A stretch of 64,000 bases of DNA from Haliotis cracherodii. Taxonomy: Eukaryota. Each line of letters starts with the position of its first letter. Position 1 is the first letter of the stretch. The position numbers were made by a program, and so were the translations under genes. Below the pieces are notes generated by a model. The model saw nothing but the letters and a program-made list of their open reading frames with translations, ran no database searches and was not told the origin of the DNA. This document shows positions 53,204 through 64,000 of the stretch, piece by piece. The DNA lies in the NCBI RefSeq assembly GCF_022045235.1, contig NW_027266286.1, positions 57,164,001 through 57,228,000 of the forward strand. The letters are read 5' to 3'.

Positions 53204-56200
53204 ATGCCTGATGTCATCAACAAGAGCAGTTTGTGGCTTGTAATCCTACTATACTCGGATTGTGATACAGGGTTGGCGATTGATATTCACGCGGCTAGCA
53301 TGGAGAATTGTAGGCCATTGGACATAACGAGAAATACTTTTCTTGATCCTGAAAACGTTTTTCTAACCCTGCAGACGTGGAACTACTTCTCCTGCTGCGG
53401 CCTGTGCACCTATCAAGAGGGTTGCCATTACTTTCGGTGGGAAAGCCAAAATCGTACATGCTCTCTTCTGAGTAGCAACACAAAGCATGATGTCTTAAAA
53501 TGTTCGGTAAGAATATTGCGATCAGTTTCAAAAATTGGTGCCATCCTAATTAAATTCCTATTGAATAAGGATGGGTCTACACCTGAACAAATTGCCACGT
53601 TATCAGATTCTGGTTCTGGCTGCAAATATTATTCTCCATTGTGCAATAAGCAATACAATGTCAGTAAGGGATACAAATATGTACCCTGTTTTTATATTCC
53701 CGTGTTTGTTCAGGAGAACACTTGACTTGCCTTTGCATGTATTCATGATGGGCGCCACAGGTGGGAAAGGATGCTTTCATCTTTTCGCGAACACCTGGTA
53801 TATTCACTATTTGATATTGACTCATAAGCACATGATTATGATAATTTTATTATCGGAATAGTACAACGGGCTTTGCTTTTGTCACTTTTATTTACATGTT
53901 TTGGATAAAGTTTAGCTCCCCGGCATTCGTAATCATTTACTTTCCCCTAAGCGGCTTGTGCCAGTTACAAGACCACTGATATATTATATCGGTAATATAA
54001 CCTGTCTGCAAAGAAAACATTTATATCATATCATCGTAACAAGTGAGGTGTTGGATCCAGTAGTGGTTGGTGCCCTCAGTCTTTTTCTTGTTTCTGTTAA
54101 TATGAATTGGAATTTCTGCTGGTATTGGCAAAATCAAAACAAGGGGATTTGGATACACACTTAAACGTAAGCTTCGGGTAAATCGATGATCTGGTATCAT
54201 TCAATGATGATCAAATAAGCAGTTCCCTTCCACTTATTTACCCATCTATACTAGAAAATATATTAGACAAATAAAACCGCTTCAACTGTTTCATGTTTAG
54301 ATCGATGTATAAGTGGGGATAGAGTATGCAATAGAGTGTGGCTAGAGGAATGACTTCCAGTTGTTAACTTTCCGTAACGGTTTATTTCGAATAATGTTAC
54401 AGCAGACCCAGGCTTTGGTGCCTACATTTCATAACATCTCTAATTGATTGAGTATATTTTCAAAACTGTATCTATAGTGAGTGAGTGAACTGGCTTTTAA
54501 CGTCGCTTTGAAGTTATATAACAGTGTATCAGCTTGATGTGGGAGGAAAGCCCGAAGTGATGCAGGTCTTAGACGTTTACCACTTTGGTGAGACCCACTA
54601 GCACGAATATGGTGCTGACAAACCCAGACATATAATTGTGGCGAACCGGGACTCCAACCCACAACCATAGGTTTCTGGCGTGCCCAAGGGATGCAACATT
54701 ACACAACGAATTGTGGCGCCTTATACGACTTGGCCACCCGTGCCATAATTTGATTATTGCCATCGTATATCTCACTAATCAAGATTGGTGACTCTTGCTT
54801 TTAGGTGTACTTGTTTCGAGGACTCATCACATTCTGTCCAAAATAGTCCTGTAGGGTAATCTCGGCGTTGTTGTTATTGACTTAAATTCATGAATGTTTC
54901 AAATGATTTAAAATGTCTCCTATAAATATTTCAAAATAGTATGTGCAGGCAGAGGGTGGAAAATGCTCTTTTTCGAAAAGGAATAGGGAAAGCAAATAAC
55001 CCTGGAAACTATATATTTTATACAACTTTATTTTCGGGCAAGGATGAGAAACAATTAAGCTTCGTTGTGAGATTGCGAATATATTCATATATTGGCATTT
55101 TACCGAATATATTTCATATAATTTAGCTTCAGTGAATACGTTCAATGACTGGTTCAAATATGTTCCCAAAGTGCGTTTTATTGAATGTATCTTTTGTTTT
55201 AGTACCCGGGAAACCATGGGTGTCTCATGAGTCCATGTGGGTATCGGAAGGTGTATGTACCAGTGGAGGGTGCGCATGGCTACATGTGTCTCAAAGGTAA
55301 TGGGCGAATTTCGACAATGTTGATTCAGTAATTAGATCCATAAATGGATAGTTCAGACCATCATTGGTCAATCAATAGTGGCCGAGAAATTATAGATAAG
55401 AAACAATGTTTCTCTGCTTCGGTTAAAAAACAGTTGCCATCATAAAAAAATCTGGGGATTTAAATGGGTTGAGTGTCAGTGATTTGAGTAATCCACAGAG
55501 GCACCCGTGAAGATCCGGGGTAGAATAGGTCTTCAACAGCCCATGCTTGCCATAAAAGGTGAATATGCTTGTCGTAAGAGGCGACTAGCGGGATCGGGTG
55601 GTCAGACTGGCTGACTTGGTTGATGCATGTCACCGATCCCAATCGCGTTGGTCGATGCTCATGATATCAATCACTGGATTGTCTGGTCCAGACTCGAGTA
55701 TTTACAGACCGCCGTCATATAGCTGGAATATTGCTGGGTGCGGCGTAAAACAACAGCCAAACCAAAACCAAAACCAAACATCATCCACAGAGGCAAGTTC
55801 GTCATCGTTTCATAATTTATGTAGTGATTATTAGAACCTGTGAGTGTATGGTACCATATCAGTTACATGAGACAATCGAGAACGAATATCGAAATTCACA
55901 CGAAGAGTGTGTGTCCCGGAAACATAGACTTTGTAAGGTTTCCAAAGTAGTAATTTAGACAAGTTAGACAATAGTCAATCAACACTCGGGCTCATTAAGC
56001 CACTTACAATTGGATATTACATCGGTGCAACATCGTTAAAATGACATATTCAATGCGTTATACAACTGCAAATCTGATAATCGTTATAATGAAAAAAACC
56101 AACCCTTAAAATAACAATCTTTCTCATTAGAATGCCAGTAATAGATATTTGATGTGACCACAGCAAGTACGACATTTTGAAATGTTTTTAATGCGTTCAA

Positions 56201-56845
56201 TGTAAAGCAAATAACATTTTTAGCGAAAAGGGATTTTACGGTCAAACCTTCAATCTGTAGTTAACGAGGGTAGTTGGCTTTTTCATGGAGCACTGGGTAG
56301 AAATAGATCGCTTCTCAATGATTTAAACGCAAATGAACAAAACCAGCAATCACGCCGTCAGTGAGCGATGTCATAAGATGTAAGATGTATGATCGCTTCT
56401 CAATAATTTAAACGCAAATGAAGAATACCAGCAATCACGCCGTCAGTGAGCGATGTCATAAGATGTAAGATGTAAGATGTAATGACGTAAGATTTATTCG
56501 GCCGTAGTGATACAGCTGCAGGTTAGTAAATAATCCAACTGCCTTTCCAGCTTGAACAGCCCATTGGTTAAAGCGTTTGCTCGCCGAGCCGAAGGCCTGG
56601 GTTCCAGTCCCCACATGGACACTATCTGTGAAGCCCATTTTTGTGTGTTTTTGCTGGAATATTGCTAAAAGAGGCGTTAAACTTTTCTCCCTCTTACTCA
56701 CCCACTCCAGCTGGAACTGACCTCGGCTCCCCCTGTAATTCTGAAGAGGACTGTGGTGGCGGACTTCACTGGGTGTGCACCGATGGGAGATGTCGCTGCC
56801 AACTGGGCTACCTTCACTCCAAGTCTCATCGCCACTGCCAGAGAG
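53204..56845 (+). CDS. Partial gene for a secreted/membrane protein with PAN/Apple domain plus EGF-like and EB-like modules; 3' end not located
   Basis: Exon 53204-53506 (signal-like LWLVILLY; SCCGLCTYQEGCHYFRWESQNRTCSL), probable 53570-53659, 55203-55296 (CLMSPCGYRKVYVP..GYMCLK) and 56711-56845 (LGSPCNSEEDC..WVCTDGRCRCQLGY..C). Phases are compatible. Confidence 0.7.
54160..54450 (+). mobile_element. Second Penelope-like RT fragment
   Basis: Degenerate IDDLVSFNDD..LPLIYPSILE and RNDF..VNFP..SNNVTADPGFGAYIS. Confidence 0.6.
54477..54745 (-). mobile_element. SINE family D
   Basis: Collinear with 20828-21109. Confidence 0.82.
55503..55778 (+). mobile_element. SINE-like family C, full length with (CCAAAA)n tail
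   Basis: Structured head and conserved tail; flanking direct repeat ATCCACAGAGGCA. Confidence 0.88.
56305..56480. repeat. ~87-bp tandem duplication
   Basis: GATCGCTTCTCAAT.ATTTAAACGCAAATGAA...CATAAGATGTAAGATG occurs twice. Confidence 0.8.
56555..56705 (+). mobile_element. Diverged SINE family A abutting a splice acceptor
   Basis: TGGTTAAAGCGTTTGCTCG, GTGAAGCCCATTT, TTGCTGGAATATTGCTAAAAGAGGCGTTAAAC. Confidence 0.75.
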
Positions 56846-57771
56846 GTGAGCCAGATGCAAATCCATGAGTAGGGGCCAACGCTTCTGAGGACAGGTCTTA
56901 GTTAAGATTTAAAAACTTTTTTCAGTAGATATGCTGGGGGGGGGGGGGGGGCGGTAGGGGGGGGCGGTAGGGGGGGGCGGTAGGGGGGGGGCATTTGAAA
57001 ACATATAGAGGGCAAATTTCGCGCAACAGTGATCACAATGATGTTAAATATATTATTGGACTTGGCCATGTGTTCCGGTGTTTGTTCAAGTTTACATTTG
57101 TCCTGCCTTATCATGTGTTTGTGACGGATGGCTCAACGCTCAGGATATCGCCCCCCCCCCCCAACGAAAAATCCTACTAAGGGGTTTACTTTGCAATTTC
57201 AACGGTCGTAACGATCGGGCCGACGCCCATCCTTCCTGCTTCAGCCTCGTCACCTTAGTAACAACGCTGCAGATGACTTCAGTTGTTTGTTCTGTTTATG
57301 GGATTAATCCCTGACAGGCATTTATTGTGTGGAATAGAGCTGGTGTTATATATTACCAAAAAACAGGACAGACATTAACAGGATGTTAGTAATTCAACGC
57401 TAGTTACCGACTGTTAATTATTAATTTCATTATTCACAATGTTAAGATCAAAGGTCGTTTCACACATTGAACAATGTGATGCAATGATGTTACTTTCGTG
57501 GGATTAACAGAAATAGAAGACTCGGTACGTAGAAGAAGAAGATATATGTGTTATGATACCTGTTCGTTATGAGCTCCACACAATGATAATCAACGACTGA
57601 ATAGGTTGATGTTTGTTTATATCGAGCACATGTTTACGCCATGGGGTTTGTACATGAACTAATAAGCATGTGCAATTTAAGAGCGATATTAAGTCAACTG
57701 TTTCTTAACTAATACTACGACAATATAAAAGGAAGGGAATTTATGGGTGTCAACTTCTTTATTATGAAGAA

Positions 57772-57812
57772 CACGACGTTTCGGAGAAAAATGCTTACTC
57801 CTTCATCAGGTG
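57772..57812 (-). ncRNA. Minimal type-I hammerhead ribozyme (Penelope-type)
   Basis: Minus strand CAC-CUGAUGA-A-GGAG(loop)CUCC-GAAA-CG-UC-GUG, followed by AAUAAA. Confidence 0.7.
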
Positions 57813-59639
57813 AATGAAAGGTGTGATTGGTTGGTTGAAGGGTTTAACGTCCACTTCACAGTTAATGTATTTTATGGAAGGGGTAATTGGGGAAAAGTAA
57901 ATATAAATAATATTTGAATAAAAGTAAGTCACCATAACCCAAAAACTATAAGTGATGGGGCATAAACTTTATCTATGGTACTATAGCTATAATATACACA
58001 GCTGGTGTATTTAAGTAAGTATATTGATTTTAATAATTTAGAGAGGAGAGGATTTAGAATGAAATATATAAAAATGGTCTAAAAAGAAGACGAAAGAGCG
58101 TTTTAAATGATCCTAGTATTACTATGAGCTAAGCTTAGTAAAGGTAAAGCATAACTGGGTGTAAAATGATTGCAGTAAAGCAGCAATTTTAGAATAAGGG
58201 GCTTGAATAAAGAAGATAAAGGGAATTAAGCGCCTCGTGTAAGTATAGACAGGTGGGTGTGTGGAGTTGGCCTGTCCCCATTTCGCCTACACCCTTATCA
58301 AAACAAATTTACAGCTGACTGCACATAAGTTCTGTGTTACCTCTAAAATAATGAAGTGACCCAAAAGAAGGTTAAACAGACAGGACAATTTTGAAGCTTC
58401 ATACATTGTTTAATAGCTGATATTTACATTATGCAGTAATAATAAGAATGACTCATGATAACTGTAGCTTTAGTACATATCCGACTTCATCAAGAAATTG
58501 CATTACAGTTTTTGGAGTTCATAGGTTGGGGGGGGGGGGGGGGGGGGGCGTTATCCGTGTGACTGGTGAAGTAGAGAGCTCTTAGTGGCCTTGAGAGTTT
58601 GGCTGGTTAATCAACATTGGTATTTAGTAGTATGGATAAAAGAAATTTAACGCGCGGACGTCGTAGAAGACAGTCAGCGCTGTAATTTGGTTCCCGATCC
58701 TAAATGGGAGATAGTTTGTTTACATTATCAGATTGTGGTCAGACTTGTTTGGGAAGTTCTAAAACATGTTGTAGGTTATGTATAAACATATAATTAGTAG
58801 ATGAACATGCGATGGACGTAAAAGAGGCGAAATTGTGGGGATAGGGCATATTATTAGTGTTTTTAAGAGCAGATTGCAAGAGAGCCGGAGTGAAGATTTT
58901 TTACCAGGTTAAAGTCTAGGTTGGTGAGGGGCTGATATTGTTTTTTTTATGAAGTTGGTAGTACTGTTCATGATGAATTGGGTCGTGGGTTGGATGCCCC
59001 GGTCTTGAGTTTCGATCAGAAATGAGTTTAGATCTTGAAGAGTTAGAATCTCGTGGTCAAAACGTTCTTTTTCGATGCTATGAGGCAGAGAGCATATATA
59101 TTTACATGTGAGAACAACAGAAGTAATAAGATAGCAAAAGGTGGAAACTTAACAAGGGAAGCCAACATATAATTGGCGCTGATTGATTAGCCAACACTTT
59201 ACAGTAATTAGCGCTGATAGTTATGGACAACTGAAAGGCAGGACTTAAATTATCACTGATTGGTAACTGGCAATGGACAATGGGCAAACTGGAGGGCGGT
59301 GGGTAATTAGCACTGATAGGTAAAATAATACAAATGGCAATGGGCAAATGGAAGTCAGCTATAATTAGCATCGACAAAGATCAAAGCAATAAGTCCCAGG
59401 CACTAGGCAGATAGGTTCACTGGTCACGGTTCATGGCTGGCTGGTGTCTCCTGATGCCAATGGCTTCATGTATATTTCTTTGTCGTCAGTTGTTGTTAGT
59501 AGACAGGAGTTTGGTGGCTTCCCACAATTACTCCACAGAATCATAACAATTGAAATTAGTGTTAATACCAGCAGACCTTAAGTCTGTAAAAAAGGAACAG
59601 TCAATCAGAAAATGTTTTTCGCCTTCAAAATGTCCAATG

Positions 59640-60225
59640 GGAGAAGTCGAGCATGTGCAACTGTTGTAATATTTACACGTCCTTTCAGATAAAGGAATAG
59701 TGGGCTTGGAGTATCGGGCTGGCTATTATTGATATAGACAGTGATCCACATCTGAACCTTGGTAGTACAGTTCTTTCATCTCTTCGTTTACGTGATTTCA
59801 CATATGAACTAGGTGAGCACTCGAACTTATACAATCTGTAGGTTTTTTTACTTGTTGCCATTAACCTTTCCATAGCCATTCCAGATGTCACAATACCACT
59901 GCAGATTGTCTCTCTATATTAATAATTCCTGTAGAATGTAACTTTCATCTTTAAGCTCCCCCAATTATCTCTTATAATCCATAATTCATTACTCTTTTGG
60001 AGTATATAAAAAGATTTATTAATAAGTGATTTTTTTCTGGCTTTGAGGCTTTCTACCCCACACCCAGAACATATTTACACGCTTTGTTTTGAATGATTTC
60101 AATTTCTCTGTATTTATTTTCAACCTAATTCCCAGTACCATAGAATAATATGGGCTCACTCAAGATTGATACAGTTTGGTATACACATCATAGGACATTC
60201 CACCAGCACTGGTGAATTTAGAGCA
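59640..60225 (-). mobile_element. Degenerate LINE 3' fragment (CR1/L2/RTEX-like)
   Basis: KTYRLYK...SYV..RRDERTVLPRFRCGSL matches the typical post-RT KLRTY..FK / R..L.RFR.G motif. Confidence 0.65.
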
Positions 60226-61319
60226 TATATAACGGCTGAAAATCACAAGACAGAGAAACGTGGCAAACCTATCAGCCAATGAAATCTGTTGTCACCGCTG
60301 TGCCGTTGATTTTAGTCCACGCCCACAAATTATTTTTTTGTGAGGCCGATTACAGAGCATGTGATTTCAACGCTTTCACTTGGACATTTGATTACTTTCT
60401 TCGAACATTATGAACATTTCACTCTCGGACATTGACTTAATGTATCTACTTTGATATTCGCAACAAAATCGCAATCATGTTCTTTCACTTCACTTGCCCT
60501 TTATCGGGATTTGGACAATCAAGGAACTTAACTGCTTCGTGTTGATAGTGATATTTGTTCATTCCCGCTTTGAACAGTTGTTTCATTTACATCTCAGCGT
60601 TTCGGCCTGATCGATGCTGAACGAAAGCTGGACATGTTCAATTGCAGTGTCACCATAACTGTCATAAGTTTAATTTTTTATTTCAATTCAGTAGACATAT
60701 ACATTGACAAGGTAGACACAATTTTATGGATAAGAACCTATTTAATACTGTCTTGCTTTTTAGAGAATTAAAGAAGTTGTTATCCATAACATTGTGTCTA
60801 TGTACTTGCTGATGTTTCATTTTTAGATGTGATACTGTTGGTAAATATGAGTACTGTTGTGGCTTTTCTACATGATGTTTTGCGATAGTGTTAAGAGAAT
60901 ACATGATCCTGTTAAATGTTATTGCTATTCAAATGCTTTTTTTAAACGTCTGTAGTACGACATTCACTGATCATGTTTATGAGGTTTGGCAGAGCATTGC
61001 TTTTATTGGACCCTAATTACGTTATGATGGTTGGGTCTCTTTGTCTCAGCTGTATAGCCGTGACTCTGGGAAAGGAGAAGAAGAAGAATTTTTTTTATTT
61101 ACGTGTCACACACTGTACAACAATGACAATAAAAATACACAAATAGTGTGTACAGTGTCCGGCCATTATGGCCTACGAGACACGCAAAGGGCAGCATTTA
61201 ATTAATAAGAGTAGGTTATATCATGGAGTATACACTCGAGGGAGAGGGTGCTACTAATTACCGTACAACAGGAAGAGACCTGTAGACGTGAGCGCGGGGT
61301 TGTGTATAAGATGGCAGAT

Positions 61320-61730
61320 TTTGTATCACAGTTAATTTATACGTATGTAAATAACATTTTGAGAGACTTGTTGATAGGAACAAAGGGCTATAGAATATTT
61401 TATGATAAACTCATAGCTACAACTAACTTTCATCTGATGTGTGATAAATGGGAAAATGAATTTAATCAAAGCATTTTATGAAGAATGTTTGCGCTAATTG
61501 TAGAATAAGTACCAATGATGTTAAACTAATAGATTTCCAGTACAGATTCAGAAATAGAGCTCTATATACTAAAAAGGATTTACTGAAGTTAATGGATGTT
61601 GATATATGTTCATTTTGCGTCTCTGAATCGGGAAACCTATACCATGCATATGTAGAATGTGTTTTTGTAAACGCATTTTGGTTAGAAATTGAAATGTACC
61701 CCAAACTCTATACAAAAATGATACATGCTG
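61320..61730 (+). mobile_element. L1/Tx1-clade LINE ORF2 C-terminal fragment
   Basis: KLIDFQYRF..RALYT..CSFCVSESGNLYHAYVECVFVNAFW, a zf-RVT-type CCHC motif. Confidence 0.75.
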
Positions 61731-62449
61731 ACTGACATTCCTAATGGGTCAGTGATTAAGACAACAGATCAATACACACGCTTCTTTTTCAGTATGTACG
61801 TGTACATGGCTGTATGTGTACATGAAATGTATGGCTATTCCCGGGAAGAAAACCTACTCTCGCAGTAGGTCACTAGAGCAGAAACTTCTCTCGCGGAATA
61901 AGGCGTGTATAGCAGAGTGAGCTGGGGGAATATCGGCTGCGGCTGTTGTGAGAAAACAATGCTTCAGAAAGATCGATGTCCTGTCCCTGTGGACAAACCT
62001 ACAGAATACGGATTGAACGCCAAAAGTGCCAGGTTTCTTAATGCTTAATTACTTTTGCTGGAGAATATGTTTCTTGTAAAAGCGCTATGTTAAGGCTGGG
62101 CTTTACCTCCCTTTTCCTTTAATTAGCAGGCCCCTTATGCTACAAACAGCTTAACTGTTTATATTACTATATCCTAACATGACATAACATAATATGGTTT
62201 ACATCTATTGATTGTTAAGTCAACGTAAAACATATAATTGATGATGATAATATATGAATGTTAATGCAAAAAGCCCTGTGTGTGAAGATAAAATTAAATA
62301 CGTTTGACATATTAATATATTTCAACACCCTTTTAAACGCTAAAATTAGATAATTTAAAAGTTAGTAGTATATAGCACTTGAAATTGAAAGGTCTCCAAA
62401 AATATGTATTTCTTATAATAGAAGGTCCATAAGGGTATTTAGAAAGGTA

Positions 62450-62913
62450 CCGTAACTTGTTACGAAAAAACAGTTCTCTTGATATTATATACTGGACATT
62501 TCCCCACATTCCACTTTTTGTTTGTTTTTTGTAAAAGTTGATACAAACATATTTATTTTCATAAAGTGGAGGGATTGGCAAACAAGCAAAATTTGCTTTT
62601 CTCTCCCAAACATGATACATATACAAATTACAATGTATTGAAAGTGACATGACATTAAAGAGAAGAATTGTTCTGTAAGTGTTTAATTACTGGATTATCT
62701 TTCATAACTACAGGTACGTTATTATTTACATCCAGCACAACAATATCATATAGCAAATCCAACATCTCAGACAAAAGCTCGAAATCGGCAAGAAGATTGT
62801 AAAAGTAATAATAACTGTAAAAGTTAATAAGAGGATGATTGGTGGGGGAGGTATCTTTTCAGAGGGTCTTATTCTGACATTACTCACTATTTATTGGAGG
62901 ATATTGGAAATGA

Positions 62914-62944
<31 letters not shown>

Positions 62945-63950
62945 TATAAGAAGGTAACATTTTATTATTAGAGGAAATTGGTATTGAATACTTAATACCA
63001 TGTACATGTATACAGGATATCTTCAGGATTTTTAGCCCTTTCTTTCTGAGTGTGTATTTCTGATGGAAAGAATTCACTCAACCAGTTGCATTCTATGTAA
63101 AAGAAGATCAGACTTGGTTAGAATCCGTGTTTCTCTGTGACAACTTCCCACTGGTGACATATCTAAGAACTTGGCTAGTTGTGATGAATTTCGATATTCA
63201 TATTATAATCTGTCAAATTGTACATAAAGTTGTGTGTTCAGTCATAAATATTCAAAGGTACTGTACCCTACACCCATCAATATCTTCATGAATGAAATTA
63301 GTTTATTGTATGGATTATATAAAGATCTCACTAAATATATGTTTTATATTTTGCGTGCATGAAATATGGGATTAAGGGAGAAGGGAAGTATTTTCCTAAA
63401 CGTTTCCAATAGTGGAGGAAATTGGAAATTGATGAACCTGTGGATTGCAACAAATCCGTGATAGATGTGACATATCTCACGGGGTAACATTCAACAGACT
63501 CATTGCTTTGATCATGTTAACGTTTTTTTCTTAACAGTTTAGAAAAGGAGAAGAAATTTGAAGTGAACTGCATTGGAAAATGTGAGAAGAAATTAATAGT
63601 TAATGTTTCTTATCATAAAAAAACTCTCTGTTCGGTAAACAACAGCTGTTATTTTATTACTTTCAAGAGGAATCCCAAACCTTCTCTTAATGATATATTA
63701 TGTCAAAGTGAAAACAAAAAACATTAACGTGCAACAAAGCATTTTCCATGGACTTGTTAATTTGCTTATTGTTGTTTTACATGTGTTCATACCATGTTTA
63801 TACCAGCTACAACACAACTTTGGAATATGTTACCAGAAAACCTAACGGGGCAGAGACCGTTACACAATTTAAGAATTTGCTTCACGTAAAGGGAGATAAT
63901 GGTATACACTGGGATTTAAATGATGGAAGCAGATTATGTCTAATCATTCA
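62450..63950 (-). mobile_element. Possible highly decayed L1/Tx1-like fragment
   Basis: Only scattered motif remnants (AGINMV, SPWK, QYQF); no intact ORF. Confidence 0.3.
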
Positions 63951-64000
63951 CAGTCTCCTCAGGCTTGGCTGCAGCGATCTTAACGCAGATCAGTATAATA

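Overview
Eukaryotic (animal) genomic DNA, intron-rich and repeat-rich. The SINE complement and gene content suggest a mollusc, possibly a gastropod such as abalone (inference). Genes reconstructed by hand from splice sites: (1) VTA1 exons 1-3 on the minus strand, with the rest running off the window start; (2) a 7-exon type-I membrane receptor with a SUEL/rhamnose-binding-lectin-like domain and a Tyr-rich cytoplasmic tail; (3) a head-to-head pair of paralogous genes. The intact plus-strand copy reads signal peptide - F-spondin-type Reeler - albumin/ECM1-like CC..C module - S/T stalk - anaphylatoxin-like module - alternative tails. The minus-strand copy keeps the albumin-like module but its anaphylatoxin exon has decayed; (4) a partial PAN/Apple + EGF/EB gene. 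Repeats include a decayed DIRS retrotransposon, four SINE-like families with related 3' ends, TA-flanked MITEs, Penelope-like and LINE fragments, a minimal hammerhead ribozyme, a 22-bp satellite with higher-order structure, a 48-bp minisatellite built from a SINE tRNA head, and a 39-bp minisatellite. Most ORF-track entries are spurious. All domain calls are by eye; no database search was run.
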